64,000 nt of DNA, taken from contig JBAUHQ010000291.1 of assembly GCA_049680365.1 (NCBI GenBank), positions 22-64,021 on the forward strand, in the 5' to 3' direction. Made by a program: the position numbers and the translations under genes. The notes below the pieces were generated by a model that did no database searches, was not told where the DNA came from, and saw only the letters and a list, made by a program, of their open reading frames with translations. Of this stretch, positions 29,004 to 38,395 are shown one piece after another (within the stretch, counting starts at the first letter, position 1; each line of letters opens with the position of its first letter). Source of the DNA: Pirellulaceae bacterium (GTDB lineage Bacteria > Planctomycetota > Planctomycetia > Pirellulales > Pirellulaceae).

Positions 29004-29567
29004 TCAAGCCGGCAGCCCAAGAGATTCCAGTTGGCAGTCATCCAGTTTGACACTGACGCCTTGCTCCATGAACTGCACGGCAACCAACAAGCGTGTTTCT
29101 TGGTGCCTTTGGATGACAACACCTTCGTAGCCGGCGAACGCCCCCGTTTTGACTCGCACACGCTGTCCGGGCTGGAGTCGACTTTCGAGTGTTAAGGGGG
29201 CACCAAGGTTGACTAGGTCACGAATCTGGATCAGGTCAGAAACCAGGATTTCAGTATCGGTGATCGAAGTCATCTTGGTGACCGATCCGGTGCAAACGGT
29301 CTCGTAGCGGACCTCTTCTCCGCCACAAACGAATACATAGTTGTTGAATAGTGGCGCATACGTTGTCCTGACGCGGCCAGCTGGCGATCGGCGACGGTGA
29401 CCAACCTGGGGTCCATAGTGCCCTATCCCCAAAGACCGTAGCTCTCGCATTAACTTTTTTTCTTGCCTTGACTTGGTATAGACAAGCCACCAGGGCTGAT
29501 CGCTCAGTTCCGCTTGATCCAGCAGGTCGATTGGGTAACAGTCAGGCTCTGAAGGAAGAATGGGCAT
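29004..29567 (-). CDS. Specialised NusG paralog (RfaH/UpxY/LoaP-like transcription antiterminator)
   Basis: The NGN-like segment is [26 protein letters not shown]...[10 protein letters not shown]. The KOW-like segment is [18 protein letters not shown]. Total length is 187 aa. Confidence 0.75.
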   Translation of the reverse strand: MPILPSEPDCYPIDLLDQAELSDQPWWLVYTKSRQEKKLMRELRSLGIGHYGPQVGHRRRSPAGRVRTTYAPLFNNYVFVCGGEEVRYETVCTGSVTKMTSITDTEILVSDLIQIRDLVNLGAPLTLESRLQPGQRVRVKTGAFAGYEGVVIQRHQETRLLVAVQFMEQGVSVKLDDCQLESLGLPA

Positions 29568-29713
29568 AGCAGGAGAAGAAAAGTTCGTGAGAAGGGATTC
29601 CCGAAGAAGCCAAATTTCAGGCAATTCTATGAAGCGATATTTGCTCCGATAGAATTTGATGTGAATGAACAACTGGTAAACCAAATGCGGTAACCGACTC
29701 ATTCAATGGCGAA

Positions 29714-31288
29714 TCACCCACTTGCCGTTGTGACCGATTCGGACTGTGGATGATCAGCCGCTAGGGGCACGTTTGAGTCCTGCCGTTGAATATTTCGTCG
29801 AGCGACGTGCTCAGCTTCCAAGCCCAGAATAATTACATCGATCTGGGGGCCAAGTTCGACGAGCTTTTTGCTGACATCGGCGATGCGATCATAAACAGTG
29901 TTGTCGATCGCAGGAGCGACGATTTCAAGAATACCGATACTCGCTTGCTCCCCGTTGCCATGACGACGGCTAAAGAGAGGAAGCCTGACGACCAGCTGAA
30001 ACGCTTTCTCAGGGAGACGTACGCTTTTCCAAGTCGCGTGATACCCTTCTTGCAACCAAGCGATATTCAGATCGATTCTGACCTTCGCCAAATCGTGTGA
30101 CTCAGCAAATTTGACTAGTGGCTCCCACACACTGTCCCAATCTCCCGTGCCTTGAATGGGGACGCAATTTTGCAACTTGGCATCATCGGCACGATTTGAC
30201 CGAGTCAAAAATGACTTGGCGAAATTCCGACCTCGTCCAAGCACGAGGCGGTACTCAGCATGGCCAAACGAACGTGAAAATACCAATGTCCCCAAGACGA
30301 TTACCACGCCTACGCCGGCCAACCACGGCAAGTTGAAGAAGACTGAAAGAACTGCCAACGTTGTTGTGAGGGTGCAAAGTGCAGCAACTACTGCAAGCAT
30401 GCCGAGGTGCCCGAACTTTTCTTGCAACAAGTGATGCAGGTGGCCACGATCTGTCGCATAAATACTACGTCCTGTCAGCCAACGGCGAACAATTGCCGCT
30501 GACGAATCGAACAACGGGACCGCTAGGATTGCAACCGGAGCAGACGCCAGCACCGTCGACTCTTTCAAACTACTCCAGATGGCCAGCACTCCAATGAAAA
30601 GCCCCACTGTCATACTGCCTGCATCACCTAGATAAATCGATGCTGGTGGTCGGTTATAAAATAAGAATCCAAGCAGCGCGCCTGCCAATGCAAATGCAAC
30701 GACGGCGTTCAGTCCCGCTCCAGCACCTATGCTCAAGATCCCTAAACCGATGCAGATAATGCATCCTGCAGTCGTAGCCATACCGTCGGCGCCGTCAATC
30801 AAATTTAGCGCGTTCACGGCAATTAAGAGCCACAAAACGGTGACAGGAAATGCGAATGCTCCAAGCTCGATGCCGTAACCAAAGAATCCAATTTGTTCGA
30901 TGATTGTTCCACTGCCAACGATGGCGACGATAATCAAGCATTGCATCAGCAATTTTTGACGTCCGCGCAGTGAGATGGCATCGTCGATTAGTCCGACCAA
31001 TAGCATTGCGGCGGCCGAAAAGAACAGGACGTGCCATCGTGGCGCCAAGAAGCCCAGCAGGACATCGCCATTCCAACGATCCAGGGTCACCGTCAGTGCG
31101 AATGTCAAACAAGCCGTCCCAAACACAGCGATTCCTCCTCCCAAAGCCACCGGCTTGAGATGCAATTTTCGCTCAGTATCGGGATTGTCAACCATTCCAA
31201 TCTGGCGAGCCAAAAACCGGACGACAGGCACCAGTAGCAATGAGATTGCTAGTGAAAGCACGATCGATGTTGCGATCAATGAAGGCAT
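29714..31288 (-). CDS. WecA/MraY-family polyprenyl-phosphate sugar-1-phosphate transferase with a C-terminal extension
   Basis: NALNLIDGADGMA and YLGDAGS motifs within about 10 TM helices. An extra soluble tail of about 170 aa follows. Confidence 0.85.
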   Translation of the reverse strand: MPSLIATSIVLSLAISLLLVPVVRFLARQIGMVDNPDTERKLHLKPVALGGGIAVFGTACLTFALTVTLDRWNGDVLLGFLAPRWHVLFFSAAAMLLVGLIDDAISLRGRQKLLMQCLIIVAIVGSGTIIEQIGFFGYGIELGAFAFPVTVLWLLIAVNALNLIDGADGMATTAGCIICIGLGILSIGAGAGLNAVVAFALAGALLGFLFYNRPPASIYLGDAGSMTVGLFIGVLAIWSSLKESTVLASAPVAILAVPLFDSSAAIVRRWLTGRSIYATDRGHLHHLLQEKFGHLGMLAVVAALCTLTTTLAVLSVFFNLPWLAGVGVVIVLGTLVFSRSFGHAEYRLVLGRGRNFAKSFLTRSNRADDAKLQNCVPIQGTGDWDSVWEPLVKFAESHDLAKVRIDLNIAWLQEGYHATWKSVRLPEKAFQLVVRLPLFSRRHGNGEQASIGILEIVAPAIDNTVYDRIADVSKKLVELGPQIDVIILGLEAEHVARRNIQRQDSNVPLAADHPQSESVTTASG

Positions 31289-31753
31289 GTTTCAGCGGAT
31301 AAGATAGGAAGAAAAGTGGCCCGTTGCCCAACGACGGGAGCATTGGGCTCGATCATCAGTGAAGCAGGGAATACCAATAGGCTACTCGAAAGGACGTTCA
31401 AGAGTAGCTCTTGGAAATTTCGCATTATAGAAAAGGACGGGGGACTTTTAGGACGCATCCTCCTCCAAATCCTACCATCATTGGGAAATAAAAACGGTCG
31501 TAACAGATGTATTGCTTGTAGGGCAATCCGATTCGTTTGTCCTGGAAATACGGGCATTGAAGACGATTGGCCGGTCAGTTGGCAACACCGATTCAAGCGG
31601 ACCAACCGTCACAAGTGGTCTTTCCGTTACTTTTGGCTAATTCCGCACGACCAATACGGCGATAAATATGCCTGAGCGGGTATGCCAGATGGCACTATCC
31701 GCACAACCTGCAAGACCTAACCACCGAATGCCGTTGATGCCAAGGGGGGCCCC

Positions 31754-32806
31754 ATGGCGATTCGTTCACTTAGTGCGATTTTCGCACCAGTAAACAAAAA
31801 GCGACCTAACCGTAATAAGAAGTCTTCGGAATCTCGAAGCCGACGTATTGCCTTAAGCGGTCACCGATCACGAACCAAACTCGCTCGTTCACTTGTCACA
31901 GCGATCACCGCAAGCTGCATTGCCGTCATGGCTTTTTCAGCAACCGGCTGCTCGCTTACGTCAGGAGCTTGCCGAGCTGTCAAGCAGCACGATGGGCTTG
32001 ATAACTTCATGATCGGTTATCGAAACCAAGTACTTGCTGCCAGAGCATGGCACGAGCACAAGCATTGCTACGCCAACCGAAGTCATCAGAGAGACTTCAA
32101 AGCTGGCTTTATGCAAGGCTATGCCGACGTTGCCAATGGCAGCAACGGCTGTGTGCCTTCGGTTGCTCCGTCATCCTACTGGGGTTGGCGATATCAATCC
32201 GCTGATGGCCAAAACGCCGTCAACGCTTGGTTCGCTGGCTACCCGCTGGGAGCTCAGCTTGCCGAGCAAGACGGGGTAAACAATTGGAGCAATATTCGTC
32301 CTTCGGGCGCTAATGCACCTCAGCAACGCCAAGCTGTCTACGTGCCGCCACCGCCGGCTGCGAATCGGGCCGACGCTGACAACCCGTTCTACGACGACGG
32401 CTACAGCGATCAGCGCTATCCCTACGAACCTGTTCAAGACGAACCTGATTCACGGAATCGTGCTGACGATGCGGAAGACGCTGTTGACAGCGCCATGGAT
32501 CGAGACGCAGCCGATGAGATGGAGCTAAGGGATTCACCTGCCGCTCCAAAGGACATCAGCGACGCGATCCGCGATGCACTCGATGCACCACTTGACGACG
32601 ATTCGACCAGCAATCGTTACATCGAACCTGGTTTTGCGGACGTTGAGTACAACGAACCTGCTTACGAACCAGCTGGTGGCGATCAAGTACACGTCATGAT
32701 CACAGCAGAAGGTAATACCGAGCCGATGGTCGACGTCATCAAGCCTGAAGCGACCGTCCCGCAGACGGCAAACGCGAACGGCGAACTGCGGTTTACTTTC
32801 GAGTAA
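31754..32806 (+). CDS. Hypothetical lipoprotein with an acidic C-terminal tail
   Basis: A basic N-terminus is followed by a lipobox-like AFSATGCS. The C-terminal third is rich in Asp, Glu and Pro. I recognise no family. Confidence 0.55.
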   Translation: MAIRSLSAIFAPVNKKRPNRNKKSSESRSRRIALSGHRSRTKLARSLVTAITASCIAVMAFSATGCSLTSGACRAVKQHDGLDNFMIGYRNQVLAARAWHEHKHCYANRSHQRDFKAGFMQGYADVANGSNGCVPSVAPSSYWGWRYQSADGQNAVNAWFAGYPLGAQLAEQDGVNNWSNIRPSGANAPQQRQAVYVPPPPAANRADADNPFYDDGYSDQRYPYEPVQDEPDSRNRADDAEDAVDSAMDRDAADEMELRDSPAAPKDISDAIRDALDAPLDDDSTSNRYIEPGFADVEYNEPAYEPAGGDQVHVMITAEGNTEPMVDVIKPEATVPQTANANGELRFTFE

Positions 32807-32970
32807 ATCAGCTAAGAAAATATGCAAGCCGACACTCACGGACTGAGTTCGGCATCGAGTTGATCCTTCACGATATTGCTCCTTGCGGGCAAACGAACCC
32901 TACGGCAAGAAAACGAACTGATCGTGATCTTGCCCCACATTTTGAGCCTTCTCAGGAAGCGAGTTCAGGG

Positions 32971-34335
32971 ATGACGAAACTTTCAGCAAACCACCGAGCG
33001 ATCGACGCCCTTCGATCTGCACTTAAGGCAGTCGCCGCTGGCATCATTGTGACAGCCGCAACGGGCTGTTCAACGCTGACACAGCCTATCGATGGCGTTC
33101 CAGCAAATCGTTTGCCGCAAGAATTTTTTGCGGAGCCGAAGAACGATTTAGTCCCCGTTGACATCTCGCTGTTGTCACTCGAACCACCACGCGATTATCT
33201 AATCAGCAATGGTGACATTTTGGGTGTCTACATTGAAGGCGTCTTGCCATTCAATCCGCCTAACACGCCACCCGAACCACCACCAGTGAACTTCCCTGAC
33301 AAGGAAAGCACACTGCCGCCATCGATCGGCTATCCGATCGCGGTTCAGGATGACGGAACTTTGGCATTGCCATTGATCGAGCCTCTCGACGTGGATGGTT
33401 TGACCTTGGAGCAAGTTCGCGACGCGATTCGTGACGCTTACATCGACAACGATATCTTGCGTCCCGAGAAAGCACGTCCGATCGTCACGATCATTCAAGA
33501 ACGCACGGTCGATGTGATCGTCGTTCGCGAAGACTCGGCGGGTGCAGGAAACCAAGCTCTGAACACCCAAAACTTGGGTGCCCAGTTCATCCGTGGCGGC
33601 AGCGACCGCAGTGCAACGGGTGGCTTGGTCAAACTGAAGGCTTACCAAAACGATATTCTTCACGCTCTGGTCGAAACTGGCGGTTTGCCAGGGTTGAACG
33701 CGAAGAATGAAGTCAAGGTCCTTCGTGCAAGTCGTGCTGATCAACGCATGCGGGCTCAGTTTATGGAACAGTTCTATCGCCAGCGTCAAGCAGCGATGCT
33801 AGATCCATGTGTCTGTCCACCTGAGCTTCCAGAAGATCCTTCGATCTTGCGGATTCCACTGCGACTACCACCAGGTGTGGCTCCGCAGATCACCGAGCGT
33901 GACATCGAACTGCGAAATGGCGACATCGTGTATATCGAATCCCGTGACACCGAAGTGTTCTATACCGGCGGACTATTGCCGGGTGGCGAATACCCGCTGC
34001 CGCGTGACTACGACTTGGACGTACTGGGAGCCATGGCTCTGGCCGGCACAGGAGCGTACGGTAGTGCTGCTGGTGGCGGAGGCGGTGGTGGAATTCTTGG
34101 CGGCGGCGTTGGCCAAGTGCCTCCTGGAAAACTGTACATCTTGCGAAAGACTCGTTGCAACGGACAAGTTGCCATCGAAGTCGACCTGACTTCGGCGATC
34201 AACGATCCTCGTCAACGACCACTGATCCAAGCAGGCGATACGCTGATCTTACAGTACAAGTGCGAAGAGGAACTCTTGAACTTCGGTCTCGGAACCTTCT
34301 TCACCTACGGTGTTCAAGCTCTGCTGCGAAACTAA
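32971..34335 (+). CDS. Polysaccharide export protein (Wza-like, Poly_export + SLBB), lipoprotein
   Basis: The lipobox is TAATGCS. DYLISNGDILGVYIEG and DDGTLALPLIEPLDVDGLTLEQV are Poly_export-like. LRNGDIVYI is SLBB-like. A poly-Gly insert is also present. Confidence 0.75.
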   Translation: MTKLSANHRAIDALRSALKAVAAGIIVTAATGCSTLTQPIDGVPANRLPQEFFAEPKNDLVPVDISLLSLEPPRDYLISNGDILGVYIEGVLPFNPPNTPPEPPPVNFPDKESTLPPSIGYPIAVQDDGTLALPLIEPLDVDGLTLEQVRDAIRDAYIDNDILRPEKARPIVTIIQERTVDVIVVREDSAGAGNQALNTQNLGAQFIRGGSDRSATGGLVKLKAYQNDILHALVETGGLPGLNAKNEVKVLRASRADQRMRAQFMEQFYRQRQAAMLDPCVCPPELPEDPSILRIPLRLPPGVAPQITERDIELRNGDIVYIESRDTEVFYTGGLLPGGEYPLPRDYDLDVLGAMALAGTGAYGSAAGGGGGGGILGGGVGQVPPGKLYILRKTRCNGQVAIEVDLTSAINDPRQRPLIQAGDTLILQYKCEEELLNFGLGTFFTYGVQALLRN

Positions 34336-34361
34336 ATTTTCTCAGCTAACGACAAGCAAAG

Positions 34362-34399
34362 AAGCCCGACCTTCATGAAAATGAACGTCGGGCTTTTTT
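34362..34399 (+). terminator. Rho-independent terminator after the Wza-like gene
   Basis: aagcccgac (34362-34370) pairs with gtcgggctt (34387-34395). A T-run follows to 34399. Confidence 0.75.
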
Positions 34400-34408
34400 C
34401 GTTGCGAC

Positions 34409-36031
34409 TCAGGGCAGCGACGGAGAATTCTGTGCCTGCTTTCGTTGCTGATCAAGCAACGCGTCCAGTTCACTTGGCAATCGCATCTCCAATGGTTTGA
34501 ACTGTTCGGGCAACTTCAACTCCCGCCACCAAAGCTCCTTGTTTTGATTCCAAGCTTCTTTGGGCAGTGGGCCATGTTCTTGATTCACCCAACTATCTAC
34601 AAACCAGCCTCGTTTCGCCGTCGTTAAATCGATGCTCGGATCGATGATTGGCACAGGCCGTCGCCCATTAAGCGACATGAGGCACAAACAGTAAACCTTC
34701 GCGTCATCGACACCAGCCTCCGCAGCCAACTTCTTCATCTCGACTGCAGCTTGACGCACCAGCTCCGGATTGTGCTCTGCGTGTTCGCTTTGATACGGTG
34801 TCATGACGACCGTTGATGGAAAAAACTGATAGGCACCATCAGGCGTCACGACTTTGAACGTCGTCAGATGAACCTTACGACGCAACATCATCCGCCAAGC
34901 AAAACGATGGCCGCGTTCATTCCAACTTGGATTCCCCGGCAAACCCCAGTGTCGCAGCGGAAGCACCAGTTGCACACAAACATAGGTAACCGCCAGGTAG
35001 AAACCGACTTTCCCCAAACGGCTTGCCGCTTGCTTTGCATCAGTCGACGGCAAGACCGTTGCCCGTTCGCTCGTTTGCAGAAAAACGGTTTCCCGTAGTG
35101 AAGCAGGCGAATCGGAGTACTTCGATATCCACCATTGCCAAAGTCGAGTGGTAAAACCCCGGAATTTTGCCAGTGTGTCCTCTGGAAAAAACACAATCAC
35201 AGCAGCCAGCATGAACCAGGGAAAAACGCCGATGACGAAAAGTTGCGAGTTCGCAACATGAAACACCAATGACATCAACACGGCTAGCCAGCGCGTCCTG
35301 CGGTAAAGCAGCATCGGTACGACCAACAAATCGTAAAGCATTCCGCCCCAAGCAAACGCCAGCGGCGCGGAGGGCAATTGTTGAAAAAACCTCGCGATCG
35401 GAATGTGCTGTCGTTCATCCAGAAAAAACTTCGCTGGCTGACCGGCCATCCAATCGCCATTCATTTTTGCAAATGCGCCATAGACATACGGAATGCCAAC
35501 TTGAAAACGCAACAACCAAAGCTGCCATCGCTTGAACACCAGTGACTTGCGTTCAATGCCAATCAGCGAATCGACCGAAAGGCGGCGACCGGCAGGCAAA
35601 AACACCATCAGCCCCGCCAAGCAAGAAAGCAGATAGTAGTGATTCAAGTAGATTTGCCGTTCGACCAGCAAGACGTAGGCGACCGATCCGCACAACACGG
35701 CTGCCGAGATTCGCGTCAAAAGTCCAATCACCAACATGATTGCCGCGATTTTGGTGACAAAGAAGTGCCACGCGATTCCATTGCCAGGCCACAACTGAAC
35801 CCATTCAAATCCCGCGTACTTGAACAGGAATCGAGGCTTCAAGAACACAGGGTCGTACAACGGCAACATTTCACCGCTGTAGTCGATTGGTTTGGTATAG
35901 ATCCAAGCCCACACCAAAATTGAAACACCAATGCCGACACGCAAATACGCCAGGATTAGCGAATCGACATCAGCAAAGAGTCGATCGCTGAGAGAGTGCG
36001 ACTGTTTCGTTGGTGTGAGAGGTTTCGGCAT
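34409..36031 (-). CDS. HTTM-domain protein (vitamin K-dependent gamma-carboxylase homolog)
   Basis: 540 aa. The polytopic N-terminal half carries LILAYLRVGIGVSILVW and FEWVQLWPG. HRFAWRMMLRRK resembles the W-x-M-x-L-R-x-K motif. A soluble C-terminal domain of about 200 aa follows. Confidence 0.75.
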   Translation of the reverse strand: MPKPLTPTKQSHSLSDRLFADVDSLILAYLRVGIGVSILVWAWIYTKPIDYSGEMLPLYDPVFLKPRFLFKYAGFEWVQLWPGNGIAWHFFVTKIAAIMLVIGLLTRISAAVLCGSVAYVLLVERQIYLNHYYLLSCLAGLMVFLPAGRRLSVDSLIGIERKSLVFKRWQLWLLRFQVGIPYVYGAFAKMNGDWMAGQPAKFFLDERQHIPIARFFQQLPSAPLAFAWGGMLYDLLVVPMLLYRRTRWLAVLMSLVFHVANSQLFVIGVFPWFMLAAVIVFFPEDTLAKFRGFTTRLWQWWISKYSDSPASLRETVFLQTSERATVLPSTDAKQAASRLGKVGFYLAVTYVCVQLVLPLRHWGLPGNPSWNERGHRFAWRMMLRRKVHLTTFKVVTPDGAYQFFPSTVVMTPYQSEHAEHNPELVRQAAVEMKKLAAEAGVDDAKVYCLCLMSLNGRRPVPIIDPSIDLTTAKRGWFVDSWVNQEHGPLPKEAWNQNKELWWRELKLPEQFKPLEMRLPSELDALLDQQRKQAQNSPSLP

Positions 36032-36192
36032 GTAATTCTAGGAGGGCGAGTCGGCGTCCAAGCAATCTTACTGATTGTGCTTGCCGACAGCCTCCTTGGC
36101 AACGCTGATTTCTTTTTGCCAACAAGTCAACGCACGCGCCCAACAAGCTAAATTGCAGTTTCGCAATTCACGCTCGCTGAAAAGGTAGAACG

Positions 36193-37563
36193 ATGACAGA
36201 CGTGACAAACTCGACAGATGCTAAACCGCACAGTTCACTGCTGACGTATGCCATCTGCGCAGCGATCGCTTCAGCCATTGCTCTCGCTCTGGCCGCGCCG
36301 CATGTCGCGGAATCACTCGAGGTTGGCGGCGAATTGTTTTTGCGACTGCTCAAGATGATTGTGGTTCCCTTGGTGTTCACGTCCGTCTTAAGCGGAATCT
36401 TGGGCTTGGGCGACGTGCGAAAACTCGGCAAACCTGGAGCCACTGCGATTGGATACTACCTTTGCACGACCGTGATTGCCGTGGTCATTGGCTTGATCGT
36501 CGTCAATGTCATCAAGCCTGGTGTGGGGACGATGGATCCTGAAATGCTGGCTCAGTACTCCGGCGTGACCGTCAATTCACCGAAAGACAAAATGACCGAG
36601 TCGCTGATGAAAATCTCAGGGCTCTCCAAAGACGAAGTGACCAGCGTGTTCGGCGAACTGCCAAGCGGCGAAGCCGAAACGCCCAGCATCAAAACGATCT
36701 TCAAAAATTTGCTACTGATGCTGGTCACGGATAACTTGTTTGCATCTGCCGCAGAAACGCAGTTGCTGCCGATCATCGTCTTTGCGATTTTGTTCGGTGC
36801 GATGCTGACAACGATGCATGATCAGGTAAGCAGTATCACACTATTGATTCAGCAAGCCAACGATGCGTTAATGCGATTCGTCATGCTGCTGATGAACGTC
36901 GCGCCGTTTGGTATTTTTTGCTTAGTCGCAGCCCGGTTTGGCAAGGCACAAGCGGAAGGCAAGTTTTTGCAAGAGCTTTCACAGATCGGCTGGTACTTTG
37001 GCGCCGTTGTCATCGGGCTAGCCATCCATGCCTTTTTGGTTTTGCCGCTGATTTTCTGGCTGGTTCGCCGCGAAAATCCCTATCGATACATGATGGCGAT
37101 GTCACAGGCATTGCTGACCGCGTTTTCGACTGCAAGTTCGTCGGCGACTCTGCCTGTAACGTTGGAGTGTACCGAGCAAGCAGGGATTTCTAAACGATCC
37201 ACCGAGTTTGTGGTCCCGCTTGGTGCAACGATCAACATGGACGGCACCGCGTTGTACGAAGCGGCGGCGGCGATCTTCATCGCTCAAGCCATCGGCATCG
37301 AATTGGACTTTGTCCAGCAAGTAACGATTGCGGTGACAGCGACATTGGCAGCGATCGGGGCGGCAGGAATCCCAGAAGCTGGCTTGGTGACGATGCTGAT
37401 TGTGTTGAACGCCGTCGGCTTGCCCGTCGAATATGTTGGTTTGATCTTATCGGTCGACTGGTTGCTGGACCGTTTTCGCACAGCAGTCAACACGTTTGGC
37501 GATAGCGTGGGTGCGGCCGTCGTCGAAAAAACGCTTCCACCGGATGCCACACCCGCTGGATGA
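36193..37563 (+). CDS. Dicarboxylate/amino acid:cation symporter (DAACS family)
   Basis: LLKMIVVPLVFTSV, TASSSATLP and GATINMDGTALYE motifs. Confidence 0.9.
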   Translation: MTDVTNSTDAKPHSSLLTYAICAAIASAIALALAAPHVAESLEVGGELFLRLLKMIVVPLVFTSVLSGILGLGDVRKLGKPGATAIGYYLCTTVIAVVIGLIVVNVIKPGVGTMDPEMLAQYSGVTVNSPKDKMTESLMKISGLSKDEVTSVFGELPSGEAETPSIKTIFKNLLLMLVTDNLFASAAETQLLPIIVFAILFGAMLTTMHDQVSSITLLIQQANDALMRFVMLLMNVAPFGIFCLVAARFGKAQAEGKFLQELSQIGWYFGAVVIGLAIHAFLVLPLIFWLVRRENPYRYMMAMSQALLTAFSTASSSATLPVTLECTEQAGISKRSTEFVVPLGATINMDGTALYEAAAAIFIAQAIGIELDFVQQVTIAVTATLAAIGAAGIPEAGLVTMLIVLNAVGLPVEYVGLILSVDWLLDRFRTAVNTFGDSVGAAVVEKTLPPDATPAG

Positions 37564-37642
37564 ACCGAATGCCTCAACGAACGTATCAAAGGATGACGCG
37601 CAACCCGAACGCGATGCTTTTCATTCCCAGCAGGATGACTCC

Positions 37643-38395
37643 ATGAATCAGCAGCAACGAGGCGATTCCGTCTCACGTTGGTTTCTTCGCGGGGTTGCTG
37701 CCAGCGTCGTCTTCATGGCCGCCGTCAATGCGGCGTCGTACTTCTTCCGTTCGACAAAATGGCATAGCTTGCAAGGACAGCGTTCGGACCAAGATGAGTC
37801 GATCGGGTTCCCCTGGAAAATGTGGGAAGGCGGAAACGACTACGGCGGCCTCTATGTGGATTATGTATCGCTCGCACTGAACGTGGTGGTTGCACTGGCC
37901 ATTGGAACGGTTGTTGGCGTCGTGATCGCGTCGCAGACTAGAAAACTCAACAAACTATTTTCGTTCACCGAATTCGAGTCTTGTGAAAACCAGCCTCATC
38001 GCATTCAGTTCTCACTGATTGGCTTGATGGTTGCCACGGGAATCGTTGCGGTCGTGGCAATGTTGGCAACTCAATTCGCTGCGCGCCGCGAAACGTTACT
38101 CGCAATCTACCTGTTCGGCCCATTGGTCTTAGTCGCCTTGGCGATGCTGCCTCGAAAACTGACATGGCAAACCCGAGTGTGGTTGATCATCCCTACCACG
38201 CTCAGTTTGATCGCTGCTGCGATTGGCGTTGGCATGAACTTGCGAATCGAATTCGACCGCGTCTTGCTGGCGATCTTCCTTTGCTGGACGCCGCAAAGTG
38301 CACTGGCGGCGTTGCTGCTGACCGCATGGTTGACTTGGTCGATTTCAAGTAAGCAAACGGAAGAACTGGTGCCCAGTAACGAGTCCGTGAAATGA
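37643..38395 (+). CDS. Hypothetical polytopic membrane protein
   Basis: About 250 aa with 5-6 hydrophobic helices and no recognised family. The stop overlaps the next start (ATGA). Confidence 0.5.
   Translation: MNQQQRGDSVSRWFLRGVAASVVFMAAVNAASYFFRSTKWHSLQGQRSDQDESIGFPWKMWEGGNDYGGLYVDYVSLALNVVVALAIGTVVGVVIASQTRKLNKLFSFTEFESCENQPHRIQFSLIGLMVATGIVAVVAMLATQFAARRETLLAIYLFGPLVLVALAMLPRKLTWQTRVWLIIPTTLSLIAAAIGVGMNLRIEFDRVLLAIFLCWTPQSALAALLLTAWLTWSISSKQTEELVPSNESVK

Noticed and set aside
27527-29161. Long 544-aa version of the UDP-glucose dehydrogenase ORF
   Set aside because: The extra 73 codons overlap the NusG-paralog gene and precede the conserved GAGYVGG N-terminus, so the ATG at 28942 was chosen. 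The same logic was applied to the extended ORF-track starts at 6906, 11907, 21987, 29702, 32860, 37496, 38994, 45494, 49289, 49392, 60774 and 61825.
31276-31675. ORFs of 109 and 119 aa in the AT-rich divergent region between the WecA-like and lipoprotein genes
   Set aside because: They overlap each other on opposite strands, have unnatural composition and sit in a likely promoter region.
31440-31753. c-di-GMP (GEMM) riboswitch in the leader of the export genes
   Set aside because: The conserved GEMM-I features (GCAAAGCC-type tetraloop-receptor segments) are not seen.
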